A stretch of 31,128 nt of DNA from a bacterium. Lineage in GTDB: Bacteria > Patescibacteriota > Minisyncoccia > UBA6257 > Brennerbacteraceae. Under the pieces are notes generated by a model. That model worked only from the letters and a program-made list of their open reading frames with translations, was not told where the DNA came from and did not search any database. The stretch covers positions 1-31,128 of the forward strand of contig DAIDAW010000001.1 of NCBI GenBank assembly GCA_027310425.1. The letters are read 5' to 3'. The translations under genes were made by a program, and so were the position numbers. Positions 16,526 to 24,354 of this stretch are shown piece after piece. The stretch's first letter is position 1. Every line of letters begins with the position of its first letter.

Positions 16526-19500
16526 TCAAAGCGATGCGCTATTTTGTGCGCGCGGCGTGCCCAAAATCTGATTTTGGCCCGCGTCAAGACCATTGATGGT
16601 CGTGCCATTATTCGTTTGCCAGTTCGCAGCGAGGTTCCCCGGCGCATGCGCGTCAACGCGTTCCATGCTTGCGTTTGTTGCGTTATCTCCGGCAAACCAG
16701 CCGGCTGTCGCATCGACTTCATCAACAGTGTTGTCATGCGCATCAACAAGAAGCAGGCGTTCGCCGTTGTTGTTCAGCGCGCCGGCATATATCAAATCAG
16801 CAGGAATATCGGAAATGGTCGTATCATTCGTGCGTTCAAGCAGGAAATAGCCGTGCGTGTCGATAGATCCGGTAAGCGCGATATCGAGCGTTGCAGACGC
16901 ATTCGTGAGATGCCAGCCGGAAAGATCAACAGGGCTCTCCGAAGCATTGTACAGTTCCATCCATTCGTCATACGCAGATGTTTGCGTTCCCATCCACGCG
17001 ATTTCGTTCATGACAACCGATGAACCTGAGATCGGTTGCGGTTCAGAAGTCGGTTGCGGAGATGGGCTTGGCAACGCAAGCGGCGAATATACGGGCGAGA
17101 AATGCCACTGACGCGCATCGATCTGGCGCAGGTACAGGCCGGAACTCGGGCCTGCGTCGTATACGGACATGCTCGTTGTCAGATAATCGTTTGATGTGAT
17201 GAGCGCCGTGTCTTTGGGAATGCTCCAAATCGGCAGACGCACGATCCAAGAACTTTGTTCCGGGAACTGTTTTTGCGCGAGTTCGTTCGGGTTGATTGCC
17301 GTTGTGCTGAATCCGGAAATCGAGCATACGCCGTTGATGGGATAGCGAAATCCCGGTCTGCCGGAAAACGACGAGTTCCAGTCGCACGTGTAGTATTGCA
17401 CCGGCACGAGATTATTCTGGAAATTTTCCAGAAATCCCTCGGCGCCGATTGTGATGTCATAGTTATAGATGAAATCAGCAGTGCTGTTCAGATGAAAGCG
17501 TAATTCGTAACCGTCCGTGCTCCACGAATCCGGAGTTTGAGCAAGCGGCAGCGAATACAGGAATTCAATGCTCCATGCGCCGTTTGGTTCCGGACCCCAG
17601 CGCAGATTTTGCAGATTGGGAATCGGATGCGGTGTGGGATAAACCATCTGAGGAGACGAGGCACTCAGGAATGAGCCGAAATAACGCGTTTGATCGGGAA
17701 TAGGCGTGTCATTGGCGTAGAGCGGCCAGTATGCAAGCGCAAGAAAATCATTTGTGCCGATTTCCCTGCCGAGTGTTTGTTCGAAATGGCTGCGCGTGAT
17801 GCCTGAAGGCGCGTCTGCCTGAAGCCAATTGCTCGTGGAAAGCCGCAGCTGCGTGGGATGAACCACGATGTGCTTTGGGAATTCAGCGCTCTGGCTGTCA
17901 AATGTTCCTTGCCATTCCCAGGTTGTTTCCGAAGGACCATAGATGGGGTTGATCGTGTCTACGAATATACCGGTTTGTCTGGGAATGCTGTAGCGCGGCA
18001 TAATGGTATTGCCGCCTTCTGGTTTTGATTTTGCGGTGAGCGCCAGATCCGTATTCCACGCGGCGACAATCGTGTGGTAATCGTTGTTCGGCAAAAACGT
18101 TTGCGCGTCGAACTGAATCGTGAAAATGCCGCCCGCATCCGATGCCATGCTCGTGTCAAAATACCACGCGACATTGGTGAAGAAATCATTGCGGGATTGC
18201 TGAATCCACGGCGTTGGAGCAGGAGCCGGAGAGGGTGTCGGGAGAATGGTCGGCTCGATCGTCGGCGTAGGCTCAATCGTCGGTTTTGAGGAAGGAGCCG
18301 GTGTTGGTTCGGGCGAGAGGGTCGGTTCGGGAATCGGCGTTGGGCTTGAATTGGAAAATGCGAATGGCGCAGGATTGGTTGGAGGAACATTCGGCGCCTG
18401 TACATTGAGGAATTGCAAAAATTGCTGCGGAGTCGGGGCAGGAGCGTCGGTCTCAAGGAAAAAATTCATGAGCGGAAGCGCTGCGTTTATGTTGCGGATT
18501 TCGTCTTGCGTTGGCGGATTCGCATGTTCCTTTGCAGGATTCGGCAGAATCAGAAAAAGCGGCGGAGAGCTTGGGATTTGACTTGATGGTGTTGTTTCCA
18601 GCGCTTGCTGGTTCGCATTGTAGACAAATACCCGGGCGAATGTGTCCTGCAACGATTGCTGCTGTGTTTGAATCCATTGCAAGATCGAATCAAGCCAGGA
18701 TTGATGCTGTTGGATTTGGTGTTGTTGGGCTTCTTGGAGAAATAATGCAAGTACGCCAGCGCCATGTTGTACTGCTTTCGGGCCAAGACGAGACCAGTAA
18801 TCCTTGTTGATTAGAATGTTGTCTATTGTTGTATCAAAAATATTTCTAGTAATAAGTCCTCCATTTAAAGATTTATTCAATACCAAATGATAATCTCCGT
18901 CGTTATCCTTATCTATCCCATAATAGAATTCACCAATTTTTTCATACATAAGTGGCTCGGGCAGATTATATCCGCTTTGTATGCCGATTGTATCTTTGCT
19001 GTAAAAACCTTTGTTTGAGTAATTCGCAATCGAATCGAAATACTGATTCAAGTTTGCAAATACAACCGGTTGCTTGCTTTGCATATACGTTGCGAACTGC
19101 GTATCGGGATTGGAGAGATTGAATTGCGCTGTCCATTGTTCATACGGGCTGCCTGTTGCATGGCCGTTGTTGCGTGTATGGTCAGGCACGGATGCGTCTT
19201 CGATGAGATGCAGGATATGGCCCAGGGCAAACATCGCTTTTTCTTTGTTCGCGTTTGTCCAGTAGTCAAGCGCGGCATTCCAGGAATAATCGCTTTCCGT
19301 GCTGATCGCGAGCTTTTTCTGCTGGATTGAATCAAGAATTGACGCGATGAGCCCCGCGACTTTGTATGTCGGTTCGTTTTGTTTCGCGCTGTCCTGCGCC
19401 CAGAGCTTTGACGATTCATGCGATGTGCCGATATTCAGTTCCGCGCCAGTGCGCGTGTCGTACGTATAGCCCCGGTTGTATATGGGATCGTAGAAATGAT

Positions 19501-19732
19501 GCAGCCAGCGCGGAGAATCGTCTTCCCTGCGCGAGCCATCGATCAAATACGCTCCCAATTCTTTTGGAAATTGTTCTGCATGTGTTTGGTTATAGAGTTT
19601 GATGATTTCTTGAGTCAAAAACGCATGCGTTTCATAGTCATACGCATGCGTTTGCGAGATATTCCAAAATGTTGTTGCGAAAACAATGAGTGCTGGGATC
19701 AACGAAAGCTTCACAAGCTTTCTATTTTCCAT
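16526..19732 (-). CDS. Secreted multidomain protein (1068 aa): Zn-dependent phospholipase C/S1-P1 nuclease-like N-domain, Pro-rich stalk, unknown middle domain, C-terminal lamin-tail domain
   Basis: Signal peptide then AYDYETHAFLT, WLHHFYDP, LGHILHLIEDASVPDH, SPYE (tri-zinc helical hydrolase pattern); PEPT/PSP repeats; VVMNEIAWMGT..DEWMELYN..LNNNGE is lamin-tail-like. Confidence 0.8.
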   Translation of the reverse strand: MENRKLVKLSLIPALIVFATTFWNISQTHAYDYETHAFLTQEIIKLYNQTHAEQFPKELGAYLIDGSRREDDSPRWLHHFYDPIYNRGYTYDTRTGAELNIGTSHESSKLWAQDSAKQNEPTYKVAGLIASILDSIQQKKLAISTESDYSWNAALDYWTNANKEKAMFALGHILHLIEDASVPDHTRNNGHATGSPYEQWTAQFNLSNPDTQFATYMQSKQPVVFANLNQYFDSIANYSNKGFYSKDTIGIQSGYNLPEPLMYEKIGEFYYGIDKDNDGDYHLVLNKSLNGGLITRNIFDTTIDNILINKDYWSRLGPKAVQHGAGVLALFLQEAQQHQIQQHQSWLDSILQWIQTQQQSLQDTFARVFVYNANQQALETTPSSQIPSSPPLFLILPNPAKEHANPPTQDEIRNINAALPLMNFFLETDAPAPTPQQFLQFLNVQAPNVPPTNPAPFAFSNSSPTPIPEPTLSPEPTPAPSSKPTIEPTPTIEPTILPTPSPAPAPTPWIQQSRNDFFTNVAWYFDTSMASDAGGIFTIQFDAQTFLPNNDYHTIVAAWNTDLALTAKSKPEGGNTIMPRYSIPRQTGIFVDTINPIYGPSETTWEWQGTFDSQSAEFPKHIVVHPTQLRLSTSNWLQADAPSGITRSHFEQTLGREIGTNDFLALAYWPLYANDTPIPDQTRYFGSFLSASSPQMVYPTPHPIPNLQNLRWGPEPNGAWSIEFLYSLPLAQTPDSWSTDGYELRFHLNSTADFIYNYDITIGAEGFLENFQNNLVPVQYYTCDWNSSFSGRPGFRYPINGVCSISGFSTTAINPNELAQKQFPEQSSWIVRLPIWSIPKDTALITSNDYLTTSMSVYDAGPSSGLYLRQIDARQWHFSPVYSPLALPSPSPQPTSEPQPISGSSVVMNEIAWMGTQTSAYDEWMELYNASESPVDLSGWHLTNASATLDIALTGSIDTHGYFLLERTNDTTISDIPADLIYAGALNNNGERLLLVDAHDNTVDEVDATAGWFAGDNATNASMERVDAHAPGNLAANWQTNNGTTINGLDAGQNQILGTPRAQNSASL

Positions 19733-20343
19733 ACATTTGAATAAGTATTGAATCTTAAAAATAATGAATAATCTGCAACACCATCTTTATTCAAAAGTAC
19801 ATAGACAGAACTGTTCTTACCAAAATTTTGATTTATAGATGGTTTCATTTTTTCTACAGTTGAGATTACTGTAGAAATTTCTCCTTTTCTTTGTTTATCG
19901 TTTAATCCATCGATCCATTCCTGGCGCGTAAGATAATATGGGCTTTGCTCGTTGGTGTTGAGCATAAAATACTGGGCAGCTTGTTCCATATCTCCCGTCT
20001 TAAGTGCTGCAAGAAACAGCTGGATGGTTTCTTCCGGAGTTTTTCCTCCCGTGATATCGTTGGCAAGCGCTTGTTTTTGTTCTTCAGCGCGTTGGAGCGC
20101 GATGCGGTCTGTTTCGGAGTTTTCCTTGGCTTGCTGCGGGCTGATGGTATTGATGAGCGCGATGGCGAACATCGCAGCAATGAAAATCACGAATAAGGCG
20201 ATTGCGTAGCGGTACCATGATCGTTTTCCGAACGCGTCCAAACGCGCCGGAAAACGGAATTTCCGGATATTCTGCCTTTCGCTGGGTTTGTTTTGCGCGT
20301 GTTGATCCATGCCAAGAAAGGGCTTGGTATGATTTTCCGCCAC
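19711..20343 (-). CDS. Membrane-anchored hypothetical protein with an NTF2/DUF4878-like periplasmic domain
   Basis: One TM helix, then GGKTPEETIQLFLAALKTGDMEQAAQYF...WKIESL. Its 3' end overlaps the downstream gene by 22 nt. Start uncertain. Confidence 0.75.
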   Translation of the reverse strand: MAENHTKPFLGMDQHAQNKPSERQNIRKFRFPARLDAFGKRSWYRYAIALFVIFIAAMFAIALINTISPQQAKENSETDRIALQRAEEQKQALANDITGGKTPEETIQLFLAALKTGDMEQAAQYFMLNTNEQSPYYLTRQEWIDGLNDKQRKGEISTVISTVEKMKPSINQNFGKNSSVYVLLNKDGVADYSLFLRFNTYSNVWKIESL

Positions 20344-20346
20344 CGA

Positions 20347-20670
20347 CTACAAGATTTGCGCGATGACAAGCGCGATGCCTTTGCTGATGAGTACGATGCC
20401 GAATCCGATTGCGGCGTACACGATAATCATCATTGCCTGATTGAATTTTTCCGGTTTTCCTTCGGAAGTCAAAAGCACGAACGCGGCATAGAGCACGACC
20501 GCGGTAAGGATGGGCACGCTGATTGCGATGAGAAAATTGATTACGCGGTCAAGCAAGCCGCCGATCGTATTCACTTTGAGCGGATTCTCGAACGTGAGCG
20601 CGCCTGCTTGCTGCGTGGATGCGATCGCGATTGCAGCGAGCGCCAGGAAAAGGATAATGCGTTTTGTCAT
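20347..20670 (-). CDS. TrbC/VirB2-like pilin (CPR type)
   Basis: Signal peptide, FENPL motif, two hydrophobic helices separated by TSEGKPEKFNQA. Start set at ATG 20670 below a TTGCCC-16-TACACT promoter. Confidence 0.75.
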   Translation of the reverse strand: MTKRIILFLALAAIAIASTQQAGALTFENPLKVNTIGGLLDRVINFLIAISVPILTAVVLYAAFVLLTSEGKPEKFNQAMMIIVYAAIGFGIVLISKGIALVIAQIL

Positions 20671-20720
20671 AGTACGGATATAGTGTATATGCTTTGCCCC
20701 GGAGGGCAAGAGTGCATAAC

Positions 20721-21107
20721 TTAGCACGAAATTTTATTCCAAAACAGCACGGATCCTTTTGCAAAGAAATTCAAGACCGTGTTGAGAATTACCCATGCGG
20801 AGAGCATAATCGCGAACCCGATGACTCCGTTCGTCAGCTGTTTCATCGCATCTCCGAACGCATGCGGGTTGCCCTTGGAAGCGTAGAGGCTCAATCCCGC
20901 AAGGATCGTCACAAGCGTTACCATAATAAATCCGAGCGCGATGATAAAGTTGACGACTGCCTGCACGGTGGCGAGGAGCGCGCACAGGTTGCAGGATCCG
21001 ATGACTGCTGGGTTGCATTGCACGAGCGCAGCCGATGCGCCATGCAGCGGTACGAAAAGAAACGAGAGAATCGCAATCGCGCCGAAAAGCGCTGGGATGA
21101 TCTTCAT
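20721..21107 (-). CDS. TrbC/VirB2-like pilin (CPR type, Cys-containing N-terminus)
   Basis: Signal peptide, LVQC..CNLCALL, two hydrophobic helices separated by SKGNP, GFAIMLSAWVILNT. Confidence 0.75.
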   Translation of the reverse strand: MKIIPALFGAIAILSFLFVPLHGASAALVQCNPAVIGSCNLCALLATVQAVVNFIIALGFIMVTLVTILAGLSLYASKGNPHAFGDAMKQLTNGVIGFAIMLSAWVILNTVLNFFAKGSVLFWNKISC

Positions 21108-22375
21108 AAGATGTCTTCAAATAATTTATTAACCTGTTTTGCCATCGCGTCAAGTGCGTCTGAAGTGGTCATGCGGCGCGCTGCCACGTTATCAATGGCG
21201 TCGCGAAATACTTTATCAACAATCGTGGGATCGGGTTGGGGCCAGCTTCGGGCGGTGTAGGCCTGGCGGTTGAATGTGTCGAAAATGGGATTGCCCTGCG
21301 TGCTTTGCAGTAGTACGCGCTTTGCCGGCGGCAGATTGGTTGCATTCATATATGCTGCGCTCGGATTCGCCTGAGTAACCGCGGAAATGAGCTGCCAGGC
21401 CGCGTCGCGGTTGGGCGTTTGTCTGCTTACGGCAAGCCCCCAGTAGGATGCGTAATCCGTGCGGAGCGTCGCGCCTTGCGGCTGGGGAATGGGCGCGATT
21501 TTGAAATCGAGATACGGCGCCACGGAGCGGATCGCGGCAAGGTCGGATGCATAGCCGAATGCGATCGCGGCTTTGCCTTTCGCGAATGCTTCCAAAGACG
21601 GTTCCATATTCTGATTCCAGGTGTATGCGTCCGTGCCGAGCTGCGCGAACTGCGCGGTGAAATCCATCGCTTGCCTGCCCACTTGATCGTTGAACGTGGC
21701 CCGATTCGTGTTGTCGATCATCTGGGAACCGGATTGCATCATTAAGAGCGACAACAGATCGCTTGCGTATTGGACATTCGATCCGAGTCCAAGCGCGACG
21801 CCTGCGACCTGGATAGTACCCGAGAGATCAACGCGTTTCAGTTTCGGAACCATGGCAAGCAATTCCTGCCATGTTTTGGGCGGGAACGGAATTGCGGCCT
21901 GGTCCAGGAGCGCAGGGTTATAGAACATCGCGAGCGAGTCGATGTAGAGAGGTACGGCGTATACGTTTCCGTTCGTGACGAAATCGCGCGACGCAACTTG
22001 CGGATACGTGCTTTCCATAGATTGCGGCGTGAACGCGCTCTGCGGCGCAGGCGCAAGTTTCTTGAAATGTTTCACGAGCCAGGTGTTTTTGAAATAAAAT
22101 ACGTCCGGACCATTGCCTGCCGCGAGAGCGTTCACCAGATCTTGTTCATACGTCTCCGGGCTTTTCTGCACATACACGACTTTATTGCCGGTTTCTTCGG
22201 AATATTGCTTGGTCATTTGAATCCATAATTCGCCCGGATCGTTCACGCCCCACACCGTGACCGTTGCGGTTTTACCGAGATTCGGGCGCAGGCCTGCCTG
22301 GATCAAAAGCCAACCCACGACGCCGAGCGCGACAACAATGCCGATAATCATGATTTGCCGCTGGGAAAGATTCAT
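21104..22375 (-). CDS. Extracellular solute-binding protein (sugar-binding family 1-like)
   Basis: TVWG, DLVNALAAGNGPDVF, YAVPLYIDSLAMFYN, PPKTW, YWGLAVS; N-terminal TM anchor. No permease genes nearby. Confidence 0.88.
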   Translation of the reverse strand: MNLSQRQIMIIGIVVALGVVGWLLIQAGLRPNLGKTATVTVWGVNDPGELWIQMTKQYSEETGNKVVYVQKSPETYEQDLVNALAAGNGPDVFYFKNTWLVKHFKKLAPAPQSAFTPQSMESTYPQVASRDFVTNGNVYAVPLYIDSLAMFYNPALLDQAAIPFPPKTWQELLAMVPKLKRVDLSGTIQVAGVALGLGSNVQYASDLLSLLMMQSGSQMIDNTNRATFNDQVGRQAMDFTAQFAQLGTDAYTWNQNMEPSLEAFAKGKAAIAFGYASDLAAIRSVAPYLDFKIAPIPQPQGATLRTDYASYWGLAVSRQTPNRDAAWQLISAVTQANPSAAYMNATNLPPAKRVLLQSTQGNPIFDTFNRQAYTARSWPQPDPTIVDKVFRDAIDNVAARRMTTSDALDAMAKQVNKLFEDIL

Positions 22376-22384
22376 GTGATGAGA

Positions 22385-22915
22385 TTATTTTTCGAATATC
22401 ATGCCGAAATGGCGCGCGTCTGGCGCGAATTCCGAGACATACGCGAACCCCGCTTGTTCGAACAACGCGCGCGTCTCCTGCTTGTCCAGTGGATGATGGT
22501 CCGCGCTTGGCATGAAAGCGGGATTCCATTCCGCGACTGCGATTTTGCCGTGCGGTTTTGCGATGCGCTTTGCTTCCGCGACAATCGTCTGATGGTTGGG
22601 AACCTGAAACAGGAGGTTTGATATCACGATCCAGTCGCACGAATTGCTCGCAAGCGTCGAGCCTTTGGGCTGTTCAAGATCAGACTGCACTGCTTTGATG
22701 TTGAATAAGCGCTGGGTTGTTGCTTCGGTGCGGATGACTTCGAGCGGCGCCTCCTGGATGTCGATGGCGTATACCATGCCCGCTGCGCCCGTCTGTTTCG
22801 CGAGTTCGATTGCCACGAATCCAGAACCTGCGCCGAAATCGGCAATGACCATGCCCGGCGCTACGCGCATTGCCGCAACAAGATTTTTGATTGATTCCGG
22901 AATAACTGGAAGCAT
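22385..22915 (-). CDS. Class I SAM-dependent methyltransferase
   Basis: IADFGAGSG, VYAIDI, D..VISNLLFQ, G..AVAEW. Confidence 0.88.
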   Translation of the reverse strand: MLPVIPESIKNLVAAMRVAPGMVIADFGAGSGFVAIELAKQTGAAGMVYAIDIQEAPLEVIRTEATTQRLFNIKAVQSDLEQPKGSTLASNSCDWIVISNLLFQVPNHQTIVAEAKRIAKPHGKIAVAEWNPAFMPSADHHPLDKQETRALFEQAGFAYVSEFAPDARHFGMIFEK

Positions 22916-23041
22916 TATGAATTCAGTATAGAAAGATTTGCCGGAAAAAGAAAGGCATACGCAGGAAAAGTTATGAACACTTGACGGATAAACAGCGATG
23001 TTGTTTACTTGTTTTCAAATACTTCGAAGGAGGAGGACGCT

Positions 23042-23257
23042 ATGAAAACGCTTAAGTTGAAAGCGTTCGCAAAAGGGGCTGGAGTTTTTGCAATTCGAGA
23101 GGCGACTATTCTTCTTTGCGCATTTATTTTAGTCTCCCTCCTGATTGCAGCGGTGGTATCAATTTTGTCCATCGCAACAGGGGTGAATCTTTTCAGGGTT
23201 GTGCGTTTCAATCCTGAATATTTCAGATCATTTTTGAACGCAATACCACGCCAATAG
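23042..23257 (+). CDS. Small membrane protein (71 aa)
   Basis: AGGAGGAGG at 23028-23036, ATG at 23042, long hydrophobic segment, terminator at the stop. Confidence 0.6.
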   Translation: MKTLKLKAFAKGAGVFAIREATILLCAFILVSLLIAAVVSILSIATGVNLFRVVRFNPEYFRSFLNAIPRQ

Positions 23258-23270
23258 GCGTGGTTTGTGT
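23245..23270 (+). terminator. Probable terminator
   Basis: ACCACGCC-AATA-GGCGTGGT followed by a T-rich tail. Confidence 0.55.
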
Positions 23271-23346
23271 TTGTGAAACATTTTAGAACAAAAATGTTTT
23301 TAGAGTGGGAATATTTTTAACCTGTGAAACATGTTTCACAGGAAAA

Positions 23347-23362
23347 TGTTTCACGTGAAACA
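23347..23362. other. parS: parS centromere site (perfect consensus)
   Basis: TGTTTCACGTGAAACA, the canonical chromosomal ParB-binding palindrome. Confidence 0.9.
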
Positions 23363-23507
23363 TTTCCATCCCTTTAAAATTTTATATGATCTTTTTCTTG
23401 TGAAACTTTAATCGTTATTTTCATCTTTCTGTTATACGACGTTCTTTTTCTAAATAAGAAATCAATTCTTCTTTATTCCAACAAAATTTTCTTTAGAGAG
23501 AGCTAAG

Positions 23508-23523
23508 TGTTTCACGTGAAACA
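23508..23523. other. parS: parS centromere site (perfect consensus)
   Basis: TGTTTCACGTGAAACA. Confidence 0.9.
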
Positions 23524-23582
23524 AAATCCTGTGAAACATGTTTCACACTCTAAATGATTTTGTGGAACAGGTGTTTCACAAG

Positions 23583-24032
23583 TCAGATTTTTTTCTTTGT
23601 TTTGAGATTTTTCCGGAAATCGACAAGCCATTCGTTGAGCGAATCTCCTGGGCACTCAGTTGCCGACCCAGGAACTTCACGATGGCCTAGAATATTGTCA
23701 GTTTCTATTTTGTACCTGAAAGCAAGGTCTTTGAGTATGCGTTCCAAAGAAGCAAGTTGCGATATTGTCGGTTCTTGGGTATTGAAATTTCCCGCAAGGC
23801 AGATACCCAGACTTTTTGTTGCCATGCCTGCTGCCTTGGTGTGCGTGCCAGCACTTGCTTCGCTTCTGCCGCGCCTGATTTTTCCGCGCGCGTCAATGAA
23901 ATAATGGTAGGCGATATTGCCCATACCTTGCCAGATATGGAATTTTTTTATTTGCTCGAATGTGGTTTCGTCGCGGTCCGTAGCGCTCTGGTGCACGATA
24001 AGATACTTGACATTTTCTTTCAAAAGTTTCAT
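23583..24032 (-). CDS. N-acetylmuramoyl-L-alanine amidase (Amidase_2/PGRP-like)
   Basis: YLIVHQSAT, IAYHYFI, GTHT, SLGICLAGNF, ILGHRE...TECPG. Start set at ATG 24032. Confidence 0.92.
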   Translation of the reverse strand: MKLLKENVKYLIVHQSATDRDETTFEQIKKFHIWQGMGNIAYHYFIDARGKIRRGRSEASAGTHTKAAGMATKSLGICLAGNFNTQEPTISQLASLERILKDLAFRYKIETDNILGHREVPGSATECPGDSLNEWLVDFRKNLKTKKKI

Positions 24033-24089
24033 AAAAATATTGTGCGCTGTTTCTCCTGCATATTGTATCATGCGCAAAAGATCGGGGAA

Positions 24090-24117
24090 TTGACTTTTTT
24101 TGTCCCGGGATTACAAT
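24090..24117 (+). promoter_or_regulatory. Promoter upstream of the rny leader
   Basis: TTGACT (24090-24095), 16 bp, TACAAT (24112-24117). Confidence 0.7.
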
Positions 24118-24122
24118 GGGAC

Positions 24123-24350
24123 ATCCATTACCATAAACCGCGCGCGCCCAACGGGCGCGGAGCGGACTGAAATTGGAACAAGGTCATCAAGAACTAATTT
24201 CCGGGCCCGAACGATCTGAATCCGAATATCTGAAACGTCATCCTTTGAGCATGCATTTTCGCTTCGAACTTTTCTTGTTGTGCATCGCAGCGCGCACGCG
24301 CGCATAGGTTTGTCGTCAGGCATTCGCCAGGCGTTCTGATCCGGCATCTC
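24123..24350 (+). ncRNA. Structured ~230-nt RNA/leader upstream of rny; 6S-like candidate
   Basis: Long-range pairing AAACC-GCGCGCG (24135-24146) with CGCGCGC-ATA-GGTTT (24297-24311); AACAAG/CTTGTT inner helix; GGCATCTC near the 3' end resembles the 6S 3' strand. Confidence 0.4.
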
Positions 24351-24354
24351 TCGT

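Larger units (their letters stand above)
23323..23547. repeat. Inverted pair of 40-bp parS-containing modules
   Basis: 23323-23362 is the reverse complement of 23508-23547 at 37 of 40 positions; 145-bp AT-rich spacer between them. Confidence 0.85.

Noticed and set aside
15976-16529. ORFs 15976-16188 (+), 16088-16357 (+), 16134-16529 (-) and 16185-16571 (+)
   Set aside because: No SD or fitting promoter, no recognisable motifs; they run through promoters and terminators, and the pairing pattern is better explained as RNA structure.
23272-23580. Repeats read as a CRISPR array, REP elements or oriC
   Set aside because: No regular repeat-spacer period and no cas genes; the motif matches parS; there is no cluster of DnaA boxes and no dnaA/dnaN in the window.
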